This document shows positions 16,210 to 24,000 of a stretch of 24,000 bases of DNA, piece by piece; position 1 is the first letter of the stretch, and each line of letters starts with the position of its first letter. The DNA is taken from contig NZ_CP181252.1 of the NCBI RefSeq assembly GCF_047830725.1, positions 1,846,941-1,870,940 of the forward strand, given 5' to 3'. The notes below the pieces were generated by a model. The model made no database searches. It saw only the letters and a program-made list of their open reading frames with translations, and was not told where the DNA came from. Made by a program: the position numbers and the translations under genes. Source of the stretch: Sporanaerobacter sp. GTDB taxonomy: Bacteria > Bacillota > Clostridia > Tissierellales > Sporanaerobacteraceae.

Positions 16210-18681
16210 ATGTATAAAAAAACTTACTTTAATCAACCTTTTGTTCAATTTACTATTCCTATAATTATAGGAATAGTTTTTTATTATTATGTAAAAATTG
16301 ATTTTAAATTTATTGCTATAGGACTGATTGTTTCTTTGGTATTGTTTTTGATTTGCTTTTTTTTCAATAAAAGAGAGCTTTTAATTTTATATTTTCTATT
16401 TTTCATCATTGGTATGTTAACTATTCATGAGAAAACTGAAAATAGCATTCTTTTACCTTTTGTAGGTGAAAATGTAGAAATAAAAGGAAGAATTGTAGAA
16501 GCTAAATATAAAGATGATTTTGCAAATTATATTGTAGAGTCCCAAAATATATATTACAATGACAGCGTATATACTGGAAAAGAAAAGGTATTGTTAAAAT
16601 GCTATGGAGAAGGGAAATATGAAACAGGTGATATCATAAGTTTTTCTGGCATTTTAAATGAACCAAGGCCAAATACAAATCCCAAGCTTTTTAACTATAA
16701 ATTGTATTTAGAGACCAATGACATATTTACCATTATTAGTACTAGAAGTTATTTTGTAAAAGTTCTTTCGAAAAACAATTTGAGTTTAGGAGAAAATTTA
16801 AGAGAAAAATTTAAAACTAAAGTTGAGAGTACTTTTGATGAGTATTTAAATCTTAAAAACAGTCAATTGATGAAGTCAGTTATGCTTGGAGAAATATCTT
16901 ATTTAGATGAAGAATATCAAATTAAATATAGGGAAATGGGATTAGCTCATTTGATGGCTGTATCGGGGCTACATATTGGAATTATTTCATCTTTTTTAAT
17001 ATCAGCACTTGCGATAGTGGGAGTGAATAGAAAGGTAAATGTTGGAATGACTATAGCTATCTTGTGGATTTATGGATACCTTATTGGCTTTCCGCCTTCT
17101 GTACTCAGATCGCTTATAATGTTTACGGTACTTATGTATTCTCAAGTACAATTTAGGTCTTATGATGAAATAAATACTATAGCTTTTGCTGCATTTGTAC
17201 TTCTTATTTATAATCCACTATGGCTTTTTAATGTAGGATTTCAATTATCTTTTATGGCTACACTATCGTTGTTATTGTTTTTGAAAGAAATGAGAAATAA
17301 ATTTTATCCTTACAAAGGCAAAGCCATGACTTCTCTTTATAGCATATTAGCGGTTCAGATAGGGATAGCTCCCATAACTATATATTACTTTAACAGCATT
17401 TCTCCTATAAGCATACTGGCAAATTTTTTATTGATACCTTTGTTGTCAATAGGAGTCATAATAGCTTTTCTTATTTTATTATTTTCTTTTGTAAGTAGTT
17501 TTGTTTGCTACTTTTTAGGACTTGTATTGAACGGTATTTTAAATGTGGAAAATATTATATTAAACATGATATATGTTCTGCCTTTTGGAAGTGTCAAAAT
17601 GTTGTCACCAAGTGTTTTGGAAATGTTTCTTTATTATTTTGCTGTTTTTTGCATATTTAATATTGTTAGAGTTGATGTTTTTCCATTTAAGATAAATAGA
17701 GTGATTTTTTATTATCTTATAGTATGTATATTGTTTACAGCTATTTTACCCGTAGTAGAGAGGAACTTGACTATAGAGTTTATAGATGTGGGACAAGGGG
17801 ATTGTATGCTCATAGAAACTGATGGTAGATATTTTTTGCTTGACACAGGTGGAAATGCATTTGGAAATTTTGATGTAGGAGAAAATATAGTTTTGCCTTA
17901 TCTAGTGAAAAAAGGAGTATTTTCACTAGATGGAGTTTTTATTACTCATTTTCATGAAGATCACTGCAAGTCTTTGCCACTACTTATGGAAAATTTAAAA
18001 GTAAAAAGGGTTTTTATAGCTTATGAAAATGAAGATAGTCGTATTTACAATGATATAATTTCTAGTGCTAAAGAGAACAAGGTACATGTCTATAAAATTG
18101 GGTATAATCAAAAGCTAGATATTGGACAAAATGTTTCTATTAGAGTTCTATGGCCCAAAGAAGAAACTCATTTAAAGCATATAGATAATGAAAATAATTT
18201 GTCACTAGTGCTTTTGTTGAACAGTTTTGATAAGAAAATACTGTTTACAGGAGACATAGAATTTGAGATAGAATCTATTTTAGTACAAGGTGAAAAAGAA
18301 GATATAGATTTTTTGAAAGTTCCACATCATGGAAGTAGTACATCATCTAGTGAAGATTTTATAGATTTTTTCAGTCCTAAATATGGATTTATACAAGTTG
18401 GGAAAAATAATTTTGGCCATCCCAATGAGGAAGTCCTTGAGAGGTATAAGGATAGGGGAATAGAGATATATAGAACTGATGAATCTGGACTTATAACATT
18501 AGATATTAGGCCAAATGAATATGATATTCATACTTTTATTAGAGAAAAATCTGCTATAAATGATATAATATTAAATTATGGATTAGAAATAAGTTTTGTA
18601 CTTATATATATGCTATTATCATATTATATTTCTAAAAAAAATTGTCATATATTTAGGGAGTGGGAAGATTATGAAATATGA
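16210..18681 (+). CDS. comEC: DNA internalization competence protein ComEC/Rec2 (polytopic competence domain plus metallo-beta-lactamase domain)
   Basis: 823 aa with many TM helices. 'GLAHLMAVSGLHIG' is the competence-domain motif. The C-terminal MBL domain has 'FIDVGQGDCMLIE', 'THFHEDH' and 'KVPHHGS'. Confidence 0.93.
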   Translation: MYKKTYFNQPFVQFTIPIIIGIVFYYYVKIDFKFIAIGLIVSLVLFLICFFFNKRELLILYFLFFIIGMLTIHEKTENSILLPFVGENVEIKGRIVEAKYKDDFANYIVESQNIYYNDSVYTGKEKVLLKCYGEGKYETGDIISFSGILNEPRPNTNPKLFNYKLYLETNDIFTIISTRSYFVKVLSKNNLSLGENLREKFKTKVESTFDEYLNLKNSQLMKSVMLGEISYLDEEYQIKYREMGLAHLMAVSGLHIGIISSFLISALAIVGVNRKVNVGMTIAILWIYGYLIGFPPSVLRSLIMFTVLMYSQVQFRSYDEINTIAFAAFVLLIYNPLWLFNVGFQLSFMATLSLLLFLKEMRNKFYPYKGKAMTSLYSILAVQIGIAPITIYYFNSISPISILANFLLIPLLSIGVIIAFLILLFSFVSSFVCYFLGLVLNGILNVENIILNMIYVLPFGSVKMLSPSVLEMFLYYFAVFCIFNIVRVDVFPFKINRVIFYYLIVCILFTAILPVVERNLTIEFIDVGQGDCMLIETDGRYFLLDTGGNAFGNFDVGENIVLPYLVKKGVFSLDGVFITHFHEDHCKSLPLLMENLKVKRVFIAYENEDSRIYNDIISSAKENKVHVYKIGYNQKLDIGQNVSIRVLWPKEETHLKHIDNENNLSLVLLLNSFDKKILFTGDIEFEIESILVQGEKEDIDFLKVPHHGSSTSSSEDFIDFFSPKYGFIQVGKNNFGHPNEEVLERYKDRGIEIYRTDESGLITLDIRPNEYDIHTFIREKSAINDIILNYGLEISFVLIYMLLSYYISKKNCHIFREWEDYEI

Positions 18682-19723
18682 AGAATTGCTTGTAGATATA
18701 AAAAACAACAAATTAAAAACGGTTTATATTTTTTGTGGAGAAGAACATTATCTTATAGATTATTCTCTCAAATTGATAAAAGAAAAATATGTTTCTCAAG
18801 GGCTTGAATCACTTAATTATATAAGTTTTGAAGGTAAAGATACAAAATTTAACGAAATTTACAATGCCTGCGAAACCCTTCCTTTTATGTCTGAAAAAAA
18901 GATTGTAGTTGTAAAGAATTTAGGTATATTTAGTAGAAGGAAAAAAGATGATGAAGAAGATGAGACAGAGTCAAAAAAAGATGAAGAATTAAAAGAGTAT
19001 CTTAAAATTTTGGGAAATTATGTAGTGGTTATATTTATTGAAAAAGAAAGAAAAGTTGATAAAAGTAAATCTATAGTTAAAACAATCAATAAAATTGGTG
19101 GAGTTGTGGATTTTGAGAGAATAAAAGGAAAAGATTTATATAATTGGATAGAAAAAGAATTTAGAAAATATGATAAAAGTATATCTTATCCAAGTATAAA
19201 TTATTTAATACAGTATTCATCTTATTTATCTAGAGATGGGAACAAGACATTGTATGATTTGGAAAATCAAATAGCTCAAATTTCAAATTTTGCAAGAGAT
19301 AAAAAAGAAATTTCTAAAGATGATATAGATAAAATAGTAGCTAAATCTTTAGACAAAAATATATTTAAATTGCTGGATAGTATTGCAGCTAAAGATGTAA
19401 ATGAATCATTAAAAACATTCAATGAAATATGTATTTTGAATGAACCATTGCCTAAAATACTATTTATGATAATTAGGCAATTTCGACTTTTAAGACAATG
19501 TAAAATTTTAAAGGAAAGTGGCTTTGGTGAAAAAGAATCTATAGAGAGAATGGGAATTAAACCTTATGAATTTGGGAAGATATCTAGGCAGTGTAAAAGC
19601 TTTTCTTGTGAAAAATTGGATAATGCATTGAAACTTTGTTTGGAAGCAGATGAAAAACTTAAAAGTACCTCAATAAATTCTAAATTGGTTTTGGAGATGC
19701 TTATAGTCATATTGTGTCAATAA
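18671..19723 (+). CDS. holA: DNA polymerase III subunit delta
   Basis: ATG 18671 (MKYEELLVDIKNNKLKTVYIFCGEEHYLI...) follows a GGGAGTGGGAAG RBS and overlaps the comEC stop by 11 nt. The ~350-aa length, the delta-subunit N-terminal pattern and the conserved position after comEC all fit. The track start at 18596 was rejected. Confidence 0.85.
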   Translation: MKYEELLVDIKNNKLKTVYIFCGEEHYLIDYSLKLIKEKYVSQGLESLNYISFEGKDTKFNEIYNACETLPFMSEKKIVVVKNLGIFSRRKKDDEEDETESKKDEELKEYLKILGNYVVVIFIEKERKVDKSKSIVKTINKIGGVVDFERIKGKDLYNWIEKEFRKYDKSISYPSINYLIQYSSYLSRDGNKTLYDLENQIAQISNFARDKKEISKDDIDKIVAKSLDKNIFKLLDSIAAKDVNESLKTFNEICILNEPLPKILFMIIRQFRLLRQCKILKESGFGEKESIERMGIKPYEFGKISRQCKSFSCEKLDNALKLCLEADEKLKSTSINSKLVLEMLIVILCQ

Positions 19724-19729
19724 AATGAA

Positions 19730-19756
19730 AAAACTTCGGGATATAACCGAAGTTTT
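19730..19756. terminator. Bidirectional terminator between the convergent holA and rpsT genes
   Basis: AAAACTTCGG-GATATAA-CCGAAGTTTT forms a 10-bp stem with A/T runs on both sides. Confidence 0.85.
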
Positions 19757-19759
19757 ATA

Positions 19760-20035
19760 TTATATAGCTTCATTTACTTTGTTGTTTAATCTTTTAGTCA
19801 AACGACTAACTTTTCTTGAAGCAGCGTTTTTGGAAACAACATTTTTTGTAGCAGCTCTTTTTAATTTTTTATCTATAATCTTAAGTAATTCTCTAGCTTC
19901 ATCGAAATTACCTTTTTCTACTGCTCCATCAAATTTTCTAATATATGTTCTAATTTCTGACTTTCTACTTTTATTTATTTCAGTTTTTTTATTAATAACA
20001 CGAATTCTCTTTTCTGCTGATTTGATGTTTGCCAA
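19760..20035 (-). CDS. rpsT: 30S ribosomal protein S20
   Basis: The TTG start gives (M)ANIKSAEKRIRV..., the canonical S20 N-terminus, 6 nt after GGAGGTG. The protein is 91 aa. The track's longer ORF (to 20077) adds a non-conserved leader. Confidence 0.92.
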   Translation of the reverse strand: MANIKSAEKRIRVINKKTEINKSRKSEIRTYIRKFDGAVEKGNFDEARELLKIIDKKLKRAATKNVVSKNAASRKVSRLTKRLNNKVNEAI

Positions 20036-20067
20036 CAAATTCACCTCCCCATTATCTAACAAGAAAT

Positions 20068-20096
20068 ATTTTACCATGAAGGTCTATAAAATGCAA
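20068..20096 (-). promoter_or_regulatory. rpsT promoter (TTGCAT-17 nt-TGgTAAAAT, extended -10)
   Basis: On the - strand the -35 TTGCAT is the complement of 20091-20096. The -10 TAAAAT is the complement of 20068-20073, preceded by TGg. Confidence 0.6.
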
Positions 20097-20194
20097 GGCA
20101 AAATAGATTTTATTTATTATACATAAAAAAAATTATAATACTAAAAATAGTTATGATGACTTATAAAGTTAAAAAAATGAGAGGAGTGATTTCA

Positions 20195-21169
20195 ATGTTT
20201 CAAGTAAGAACAGATTTAGCTGTTGAGGCTAGAGAATTATATAGTCATGGAACAAATAGGGAAGTTCCTGGAGTAGAGGTCAGAATAGAGGAAGAGGAAC
20301 ACTATACTATAACAAGAGTGAAAATATTAGATGAAATTGGTGAAAAAAACATGGGGAAACCTATAGGTACATATGTGACTATAGAAGTCCCTAATTTAAA
20401 AAATCCCACTCAAGATTTAAAAGATGAGGTAAGTATCCAACTGGCAAAAGAAATAAAGGCAATAGCAAAGAATACCAACAAGACCAAAACTCTTATAGTA
20501 GGGCTGGGAAATTGGAATGTCACTCCAGATGCATTAGGGCCTAAAGTAGTGAAAAGAGTTCTTGTTACGAGACATTTTTTTGTTTCATATAAAAAAGAAG
20601 ATGATGAAGAGATGGCTAATGTTTCAGCACTATCTCCAGGTGTTATGGGTCTTACTGGGATTGAAACAGGAGAGATTATAAAAGGAGTTGTAGAAAAAAT
20701 TAATCCGGATTTAGTTATAGCTATTGATGCACTGGCATCAAGAAATATGAATAGAATTAGCACTACTATACAAATTTCTGATACAGGAATAAATCCAGGT
20801 AGTGGAGTAGGAAATAAAAGACAGGGACTTAATAGTGAATATCTAGGGATTCCAGTTATTTCAATAGGTATTCCTACTGTAGTAGATGCTGCTACTATGG
20901 TTAATGATACTATGGATTTGATCATTGATTCTATGATGAAAGAAGCAAAAAATGGATCGGAATTTTATGAAATGCTAGTTGAATTATCAAAAGAAGAAAA
21001 ATATTCGCTAATAAGAGAAGTGCTAGAGCCTTTTATGCCTAATACTATTGTGACTCCAAAGGAAATTGATGAACTTATAGATAATCTTTCTATTATAATA
21101 GCAAATGGACTAAATATAGCTCTTCATCCAGGAATTGATTTAAAAGATGTGAATAGGTATATAAAATAA
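20195..21169 (+). CDS. gpr: Germination protease (GPR endopeptidase)
   Basis: ATG 20195 (MFQVRTDLAVEA...) follows a GAGAGGAGTG RBS. 'RTDLAVEA', 'LGNWNVTPDALGP' and 'AIDALASR' are GPR signatures. The gene is in the conserved position next to rpsT and spoIIP. Confidence 0.9.
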   Translation: MFQVRTDLAVEARELYSHGTNREVPGVEVRIEEEEHYTITRVKILDEIGEKNMGKPIGTYVTIEVPNLKNPTQDLKDEVSIQLAKEIKAIAKNTNKTKTLIVGLGNWNVTPDALGPKVVKRVLVTRHFFVSYKKEDDEEMANVSALSPGVMGLTGIETGEIIKGVVEKINPDLVIAIDALASRNMNRISTTIQISDTGINPGSGVGNKRQGLNSEYLGIPVISIGIPTVVDAATMVNDTMDLIIDSMMKEAKNGSEFYEMLVELSKEEKYSLIREVLEPFMPNTIVTPKEIDELIDNLSIIIANGLNIALHPGIDLKDVNRYIK

Positions 21170-21242
21170 ATAGTTTTTTCATATAAATCTTCCTTTTAGA
21201 ATATATTTTTATGATAGCTTTATTGAAAAGGAGTGTATTTAT

Positions 21243-22445
21243 ATGAATACAAAGGTTTATAGGACAAGATTTTATTATGTATTGTTTGCTCTTTTTTGTG
21301 TTTTTATATTTTTTTTAGGTTCTACAGTTGTGATGAAATATTTTAAAGATGATTTAAATCCCATATCTGATTATGAAGAAAGTGTTGAGGTATTTAGTTT
21401 TGAGAAACCTGAAAGAATAGATAAATCAGAAATATTGTTAAAAATCATATCAGTTTCAAACTCGTCTATGAGTGCTTTTTTAAAAGGGGAAAGAGAAATT
21501 GATACTGGATTATATGAATTAATTAGAAAGAATTTAAGTGATGCTTTGAATATAGATATTTATATAAAGGCTCAATTTCCGGCGCTATTTACTTTAATAG
21601 ATGCGAAAAATTCAATACAAATACCCAAAGGCAAAGATATAGAAGTGTCTAAAGACGATAATTTAGACGTACAGCAATTAGAAGATTTGATATTTGTTGA
21701 GGATTTGATGGAAAGTGAAGAAGGAGAATTTCTTAAAGAAAACGAAATTAAATCAGAAAATATAAATTTAGAAGGAATACCTGTTGCTCAAAACATCAAA
21801 AAATTGGAAGTAAATAAAGAAAAACCTTATGTTTTAATATATCATACCCATGGGACAGAAGCTTATTTGCCAGTTGTGGAAAATACATGTCATACTATAG
21901 AAAAAAAGTACAATGTATTGACTATTGGAGATATTATTTCTGAAAGTTTAGAAAACGCTGGTCATGGTGTTTTACATGTGACTACTTATCATGATTCTCC
22001 TTCTTATAATGGTTCATATACAAGATCGCTAAATACTATTAAAAATGTTATGGGAAATGATTCAAATTTAAAAGTGGTATTTGATATTCACAGGGATGGA
22101 ATACCGGAAAATGCAAGCTATAAAAGCAAAGCAGTAAAACAATCTAAAATTGTGATAGATGAAAAAGATGTAGCTACTTTTTCCATAGTTATTGGTCCAG
22201 ATTCTCCAAATGTAGATGAGGTTCTAAAGTTTGCCAAATATATAAAAGTAGTTTCTGATACTCTTTATCCTGGACTATGTAAAGGAATAATAATAAAGCC
22301 TAGTGGCAAATTTAATCAATTTGTTTCTGATTATTATGCTTTAATAGAAATAGGTAGCAATTTCAACACCATAGAGGAGGCTCAAGAGTCAGCAAAATTG
22401 GTGGGAAAAATATTGAGTGTAGTTATAGATAAACTTCAGGAATAA
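21243..22445 (+). CDS. spoIIP: Stage II sporulation protein P
   Basis: N-terminal TM anchor. 'VLIYHTHGTEAY', 'FDIHRDG' and 'ALIEIGS' are SpoIIP amidase-like motifs. Synteny with gpr supports the call. Confidence 0.88.
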   Translation: MNTKVYRTRFYYVLFALFCVFIFFLGSTVVMKYFKDDLNPISDYEESVEVFSFEKPERIDKSEILLKIISVSNSSMSAFLKGEREIDTGLYELIRKNLSDALNIDIYIKAQFPALFTLIDAKNSIQIPKGKDIEVSKDDNLDVQQLEDLIFVEDLMESEEGEFLKENEIKSENINLEGIPVAQNIKKLEVNKEKPYVLIYHTHGTEAYLPVVENTCHTIEKKYNVLTIGDIISESLENAGHGVLHVTTYHDSPSYNGSYTRSLNTIKNVMGNDSNLKVVFDIHRDGIPENASYKSKAVKQSKIVIDEKDVATFSIVIGPDSPNVDEVLKFAKYIKVVSDTLYPGLCKGIIIKPSGKFNQFVSDYYALIEIGSNFNTIEEAQESAKLVGKILSVVIDKLQE

Positions 22446-22471
22446 TTTTGCTTTTTTTTAATAAGAAAAAG

Positions 22472-22480
22472 TGCTATAAT
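22472..22480 (+). promoter_or_regulatory. Extended -10 element (TGcTATAAT) upstream of the signal peptidase gene
   Basis: TG at 22472-22473 and TATAAT at 22475-22480, about 38 nt before ATG 22518. Confidence 0.45.
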
Positions 22481-22517
22481 GGTATAAACTTAGTATTACA
22501 TTTGTGGAGGGATTCTT

Positions 22518-23066
22518 ATGGAAGAAGATAAAAAAACAAAACCAAAGAGTGAGGCTATGGAATGGATAAAAAGCATCTTTTTTGCTGTTGTTGTTGCTAT
22601 TTTGATAAAAACATTTATATTTAATACTACTTATGTGTTGGGAAGTTCAATGTATCCTACTTTGCATGAAAAAGATAGATTGTTTACAAATAAAATATCC
22701 TTATATTTTTCCAATCCTGATAGGGGCGATATTGTAATACTTAAGGCTCCAGACAATCCAAGTAAAGATTATATAAAACGTGTTATAGCTTTGGCTGGTG
22801 ATACAGTGGAAATAAAGGATGGAAAAGTATATTTAAATGGTGAGATTTTAGAAGAAGATTATATAGCAAAGGATGCTTATACGCACACTTATGATGAGGA
22901 TACTTGGGTAGTTCCAAAGGGATATGTATTTGTTTTAGGTGACAACAGAGAAGAAGGGGCAAGTAAAGATAGCAGATATTTTGGCTGTATTCCTGTAGAA
23001 TCCATTAAGGGAAAAGCAAATTTTAGATATTTTCCTTTTGGAGATAGATTTGGGAAAATAGAATAG
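22518..23066 (+). CDS. lepB: Signal peptidase I
   Basis: TM anchor, then 'GSSMYPTL' (catalytic Ser), 'IKRVIALAGD' (catalytic Lys box) and 'GDNREEGASKDSRYFG'. Confidence 0.92.
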   Translation: MEEDKKTKPKSEAMEWIKSIFFAVVVAILIKTFIFNTTYVLGSSMYPTLHEKDRLFTNKISLYFSNPDRGDIVILKAPDNPSKDYIKRVIALAGDTVEIKDGKVYLNGEILEEDYIAKDAYTHTYDEDTWVVPKGYVFVLGDNREEGASKDSRYFGCIPVESIKGKANFRYFPFGDRFGKIE

Positions 23067-23109
23067 TATATAATAGAAAAAAATGTCCATAATAATCTTG
23101 GTGATTGTT

Positions 23110-23376
23110 ATGGGAAGTAGAGTGGAACGTGTTAGAAAACAAAAAAAAGAAAAATCAAAATATCGCTTTGAAGTTTTAACAATTATAGTCGTTTTATTTA
23201 TTTTCTATTTAGGTTTAAAAACAACGGAAAAATCTATTCAAGAACTTACTTATGTACAAGATCAGCATATTTTTTTATTAAATTTGGAAGACAAACCTTC
23301 TATTCAATTGTTTGGTAAGACTTACAACTTGAATATTGCAAATTTTATAAAAGAATTTATCAAAAATATTAAATGA
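23110..23376 (+). CDS. Small membrane-anchored hypothetical protein (88 aa from ATG 23110; alternative ATG at 23083)
   Basis: A basic N-terminus and one TM helix ('FEVLTIIVVLFIFYLGL'). GGTGA lies 5 nt before ATG 23110, while ATG 23083 has no RBS. The gene occupies the slot held by yqxA between spoIIP and lepA in Bacillus. I could not establish homology by eye. Confidence 0.5.
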   Translation: MGSRVERVRKQKKEKSKYRFEVLTIIVVLFIFYLGLKTTEKSIQELTYVQDQHIFLLNLEDKPSIQLFGKTYNLNIANFIKEFIKNIK

Positions 23377-23395
23377 CCAGTAAATCTGGTCATTT
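23371..23395 (+). terminator. Hairpin terminator after the small membrane protein gene
   Basis: AAATGACCAG-TAAAT-CTGGTCATTT forms a 10-bp stem that overlaps the stop codon. The downstream T-tract is weak (AATTT). Confidence 0.5.
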
Positions 23396-23463
23396 AATTT
23401 ACATAAACTAATTTTTTTGCTATAATTGTTTAAGATTATTTTCACACTCTAAGGAGGAAAAAC

Positions 23464-24000
23464 ATGCAAAAAGATAAACAGAAAAGGATTAGGAATTTTT
23501 CTATAATAGCTCATATAGATCATGGGAAGTCTACATTAGCAGATAGGCTCATAGAAAAAACTGGGCTTTTAACTTCCAGGGAAATGCATGCTCAAATGTT
23601 GGATAGTATGGATTTGGAAAGAGAAAGAGGAATAACTATTAAGTTAAAAGCCATAAGACTTATATATAAGGCCAATGATGGGGAAGAATATATTTTAAAT
23701 CTAATAGATACGCCAGGCCATGTAGATTTTAACTATGAAGTGTCAAGAAGTCTTGCAGCTTGTGAGGGAGCACTTCTAGTAGTGGATGCTACTCAAGGGA
23801 TAGAAGCTCAAACACTAGCCAATGTTTATTTAGCTTTAGAGCAAAATCTTGAAATAATTCCCATCATAAATAAAATTGATTTGCCAAGTGCTAGACCTGA
23901 TGAGGTTAAAAAAGAAGTAGAAGATGTAATTGGAATAGATTGTTCTGATGCACCTTTGATTTCAGCAAAAGAAGGTACCAATATTGAAGAAGTGTTAGAA
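23464..24000 (+). CDS. lepA: Elongation factor 4 (LepA), 3'-partial
   Basis: AAGGAGG RBS upstream. '[21 protein letters not shown]', 'DTPGHVDF' and 'NKIDL' are GTPase motifs. The gene runs off the right window edge. Confidence 0.95.
   Translation, partial: MQKDKQKRIRNFSIIAHIDHGKSTLADRLIEKTGLLTSREMHAQMLDSMDLERERGITIKLKAIRLIYKANDGEEYILNLIDTPGHVDFNYEVSRSLAACEGALLVVDATQGIEAQTLANVYLALEQNLEIIPIINKIDLPSARPDEVKKEVEDVIGIDCSDAPLISAKEGTNIEEVLE

Noticed and set aside
20036-20077. Longer rpsT ORF starting at ATG 20077 (MVKYFLLDNGEVNL...)
   Set aside because: That start would place the GGAGGTG RBS inside the CDS. S20 proteins begin (M)ANIKSAEKR, so the TTG at 20035 fits.
19725-20126. 133-aa + strand ORF
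   Set aside because: It is antisense to rpsT, whose translation has the canonical S20 N-terminus, an RBS and a promoter. The + strand product is low-complexity and hydrophobic.
20097-20194. Forespore (sigma-F/sigma-G) promoter for gpr
   Set aside because: An AATACTA element (20137-20143) resembles the sigma-G -10 CATACTA. I found no acceptable -35 element at the right spacing.
21179-21207. Possible sigma-E-type promoter upstream of spoIIP (TCATATA-N14-AATATATT)
   Set aside because: It matches the -10 consensus (CATACA.T) only partially, and in DNA this AT-rich such matches occur by chance. It is too weak to report as a feature.
1-24000. CRISPR arrays, large tandem repeats, toxin-antitoxin pairs or known defence-system genes
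   Set aside because: No regularly spaced direct repeats were seen. No cas, restriction-modification, Abi or nuclease/helicase defence-type proteins were recognised in any of the listed translations.

Overview
Chromosomal segment from a low-GC, spore-forming Firmicute (Clostridia-like), densely coded and mostly on the + strand. The backbone is the conserved Firmicute block comEA ... comEC-holA-rpsT(-)-gpr-spoIIP-...-lepA. About 15.7 kb of other modules sits between comEA and comEC. (1) A complete selenocysteine-insertion toolkit: selD (itself a UGA-recoded selenoprotein that the ORF track truncates), selA, selB and a 97-nt tRNA-Sec (selC) with its own promoter and terminator. (2) An OmpR-type response regulator, a HAMP histidine kinase and a GerMN-domain lipoprotein, wedged between selB and selC. 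(3) A decayed ISL3-family IS just downstream of selC, whose transposase gene is split by a ~312-bp IS66-like left-end fragment. (4) A KdpD-type USP-domain protein plus an internally duplicated double-P-loop NTPase of unknown function. (5) A convergent AlaX-like tRNA-editing protein. (6) An orphan 29-codon membrane-peptide ORF. (7) An arginine deiminase operon, arcA-arcB-arcC, with a near-consensus promoter, ARG-box-like sites and a cre/Crp-like palindrome. I saw no CRISPR array, integrase or recognisable defence system. The most notable items are the recoded selD, the mosaic insertion into the comE locus, the USP/double-P-loop pair and the nested IS remnants. All protein calls rest on reading motifs in the supplied translations; no database search was run.
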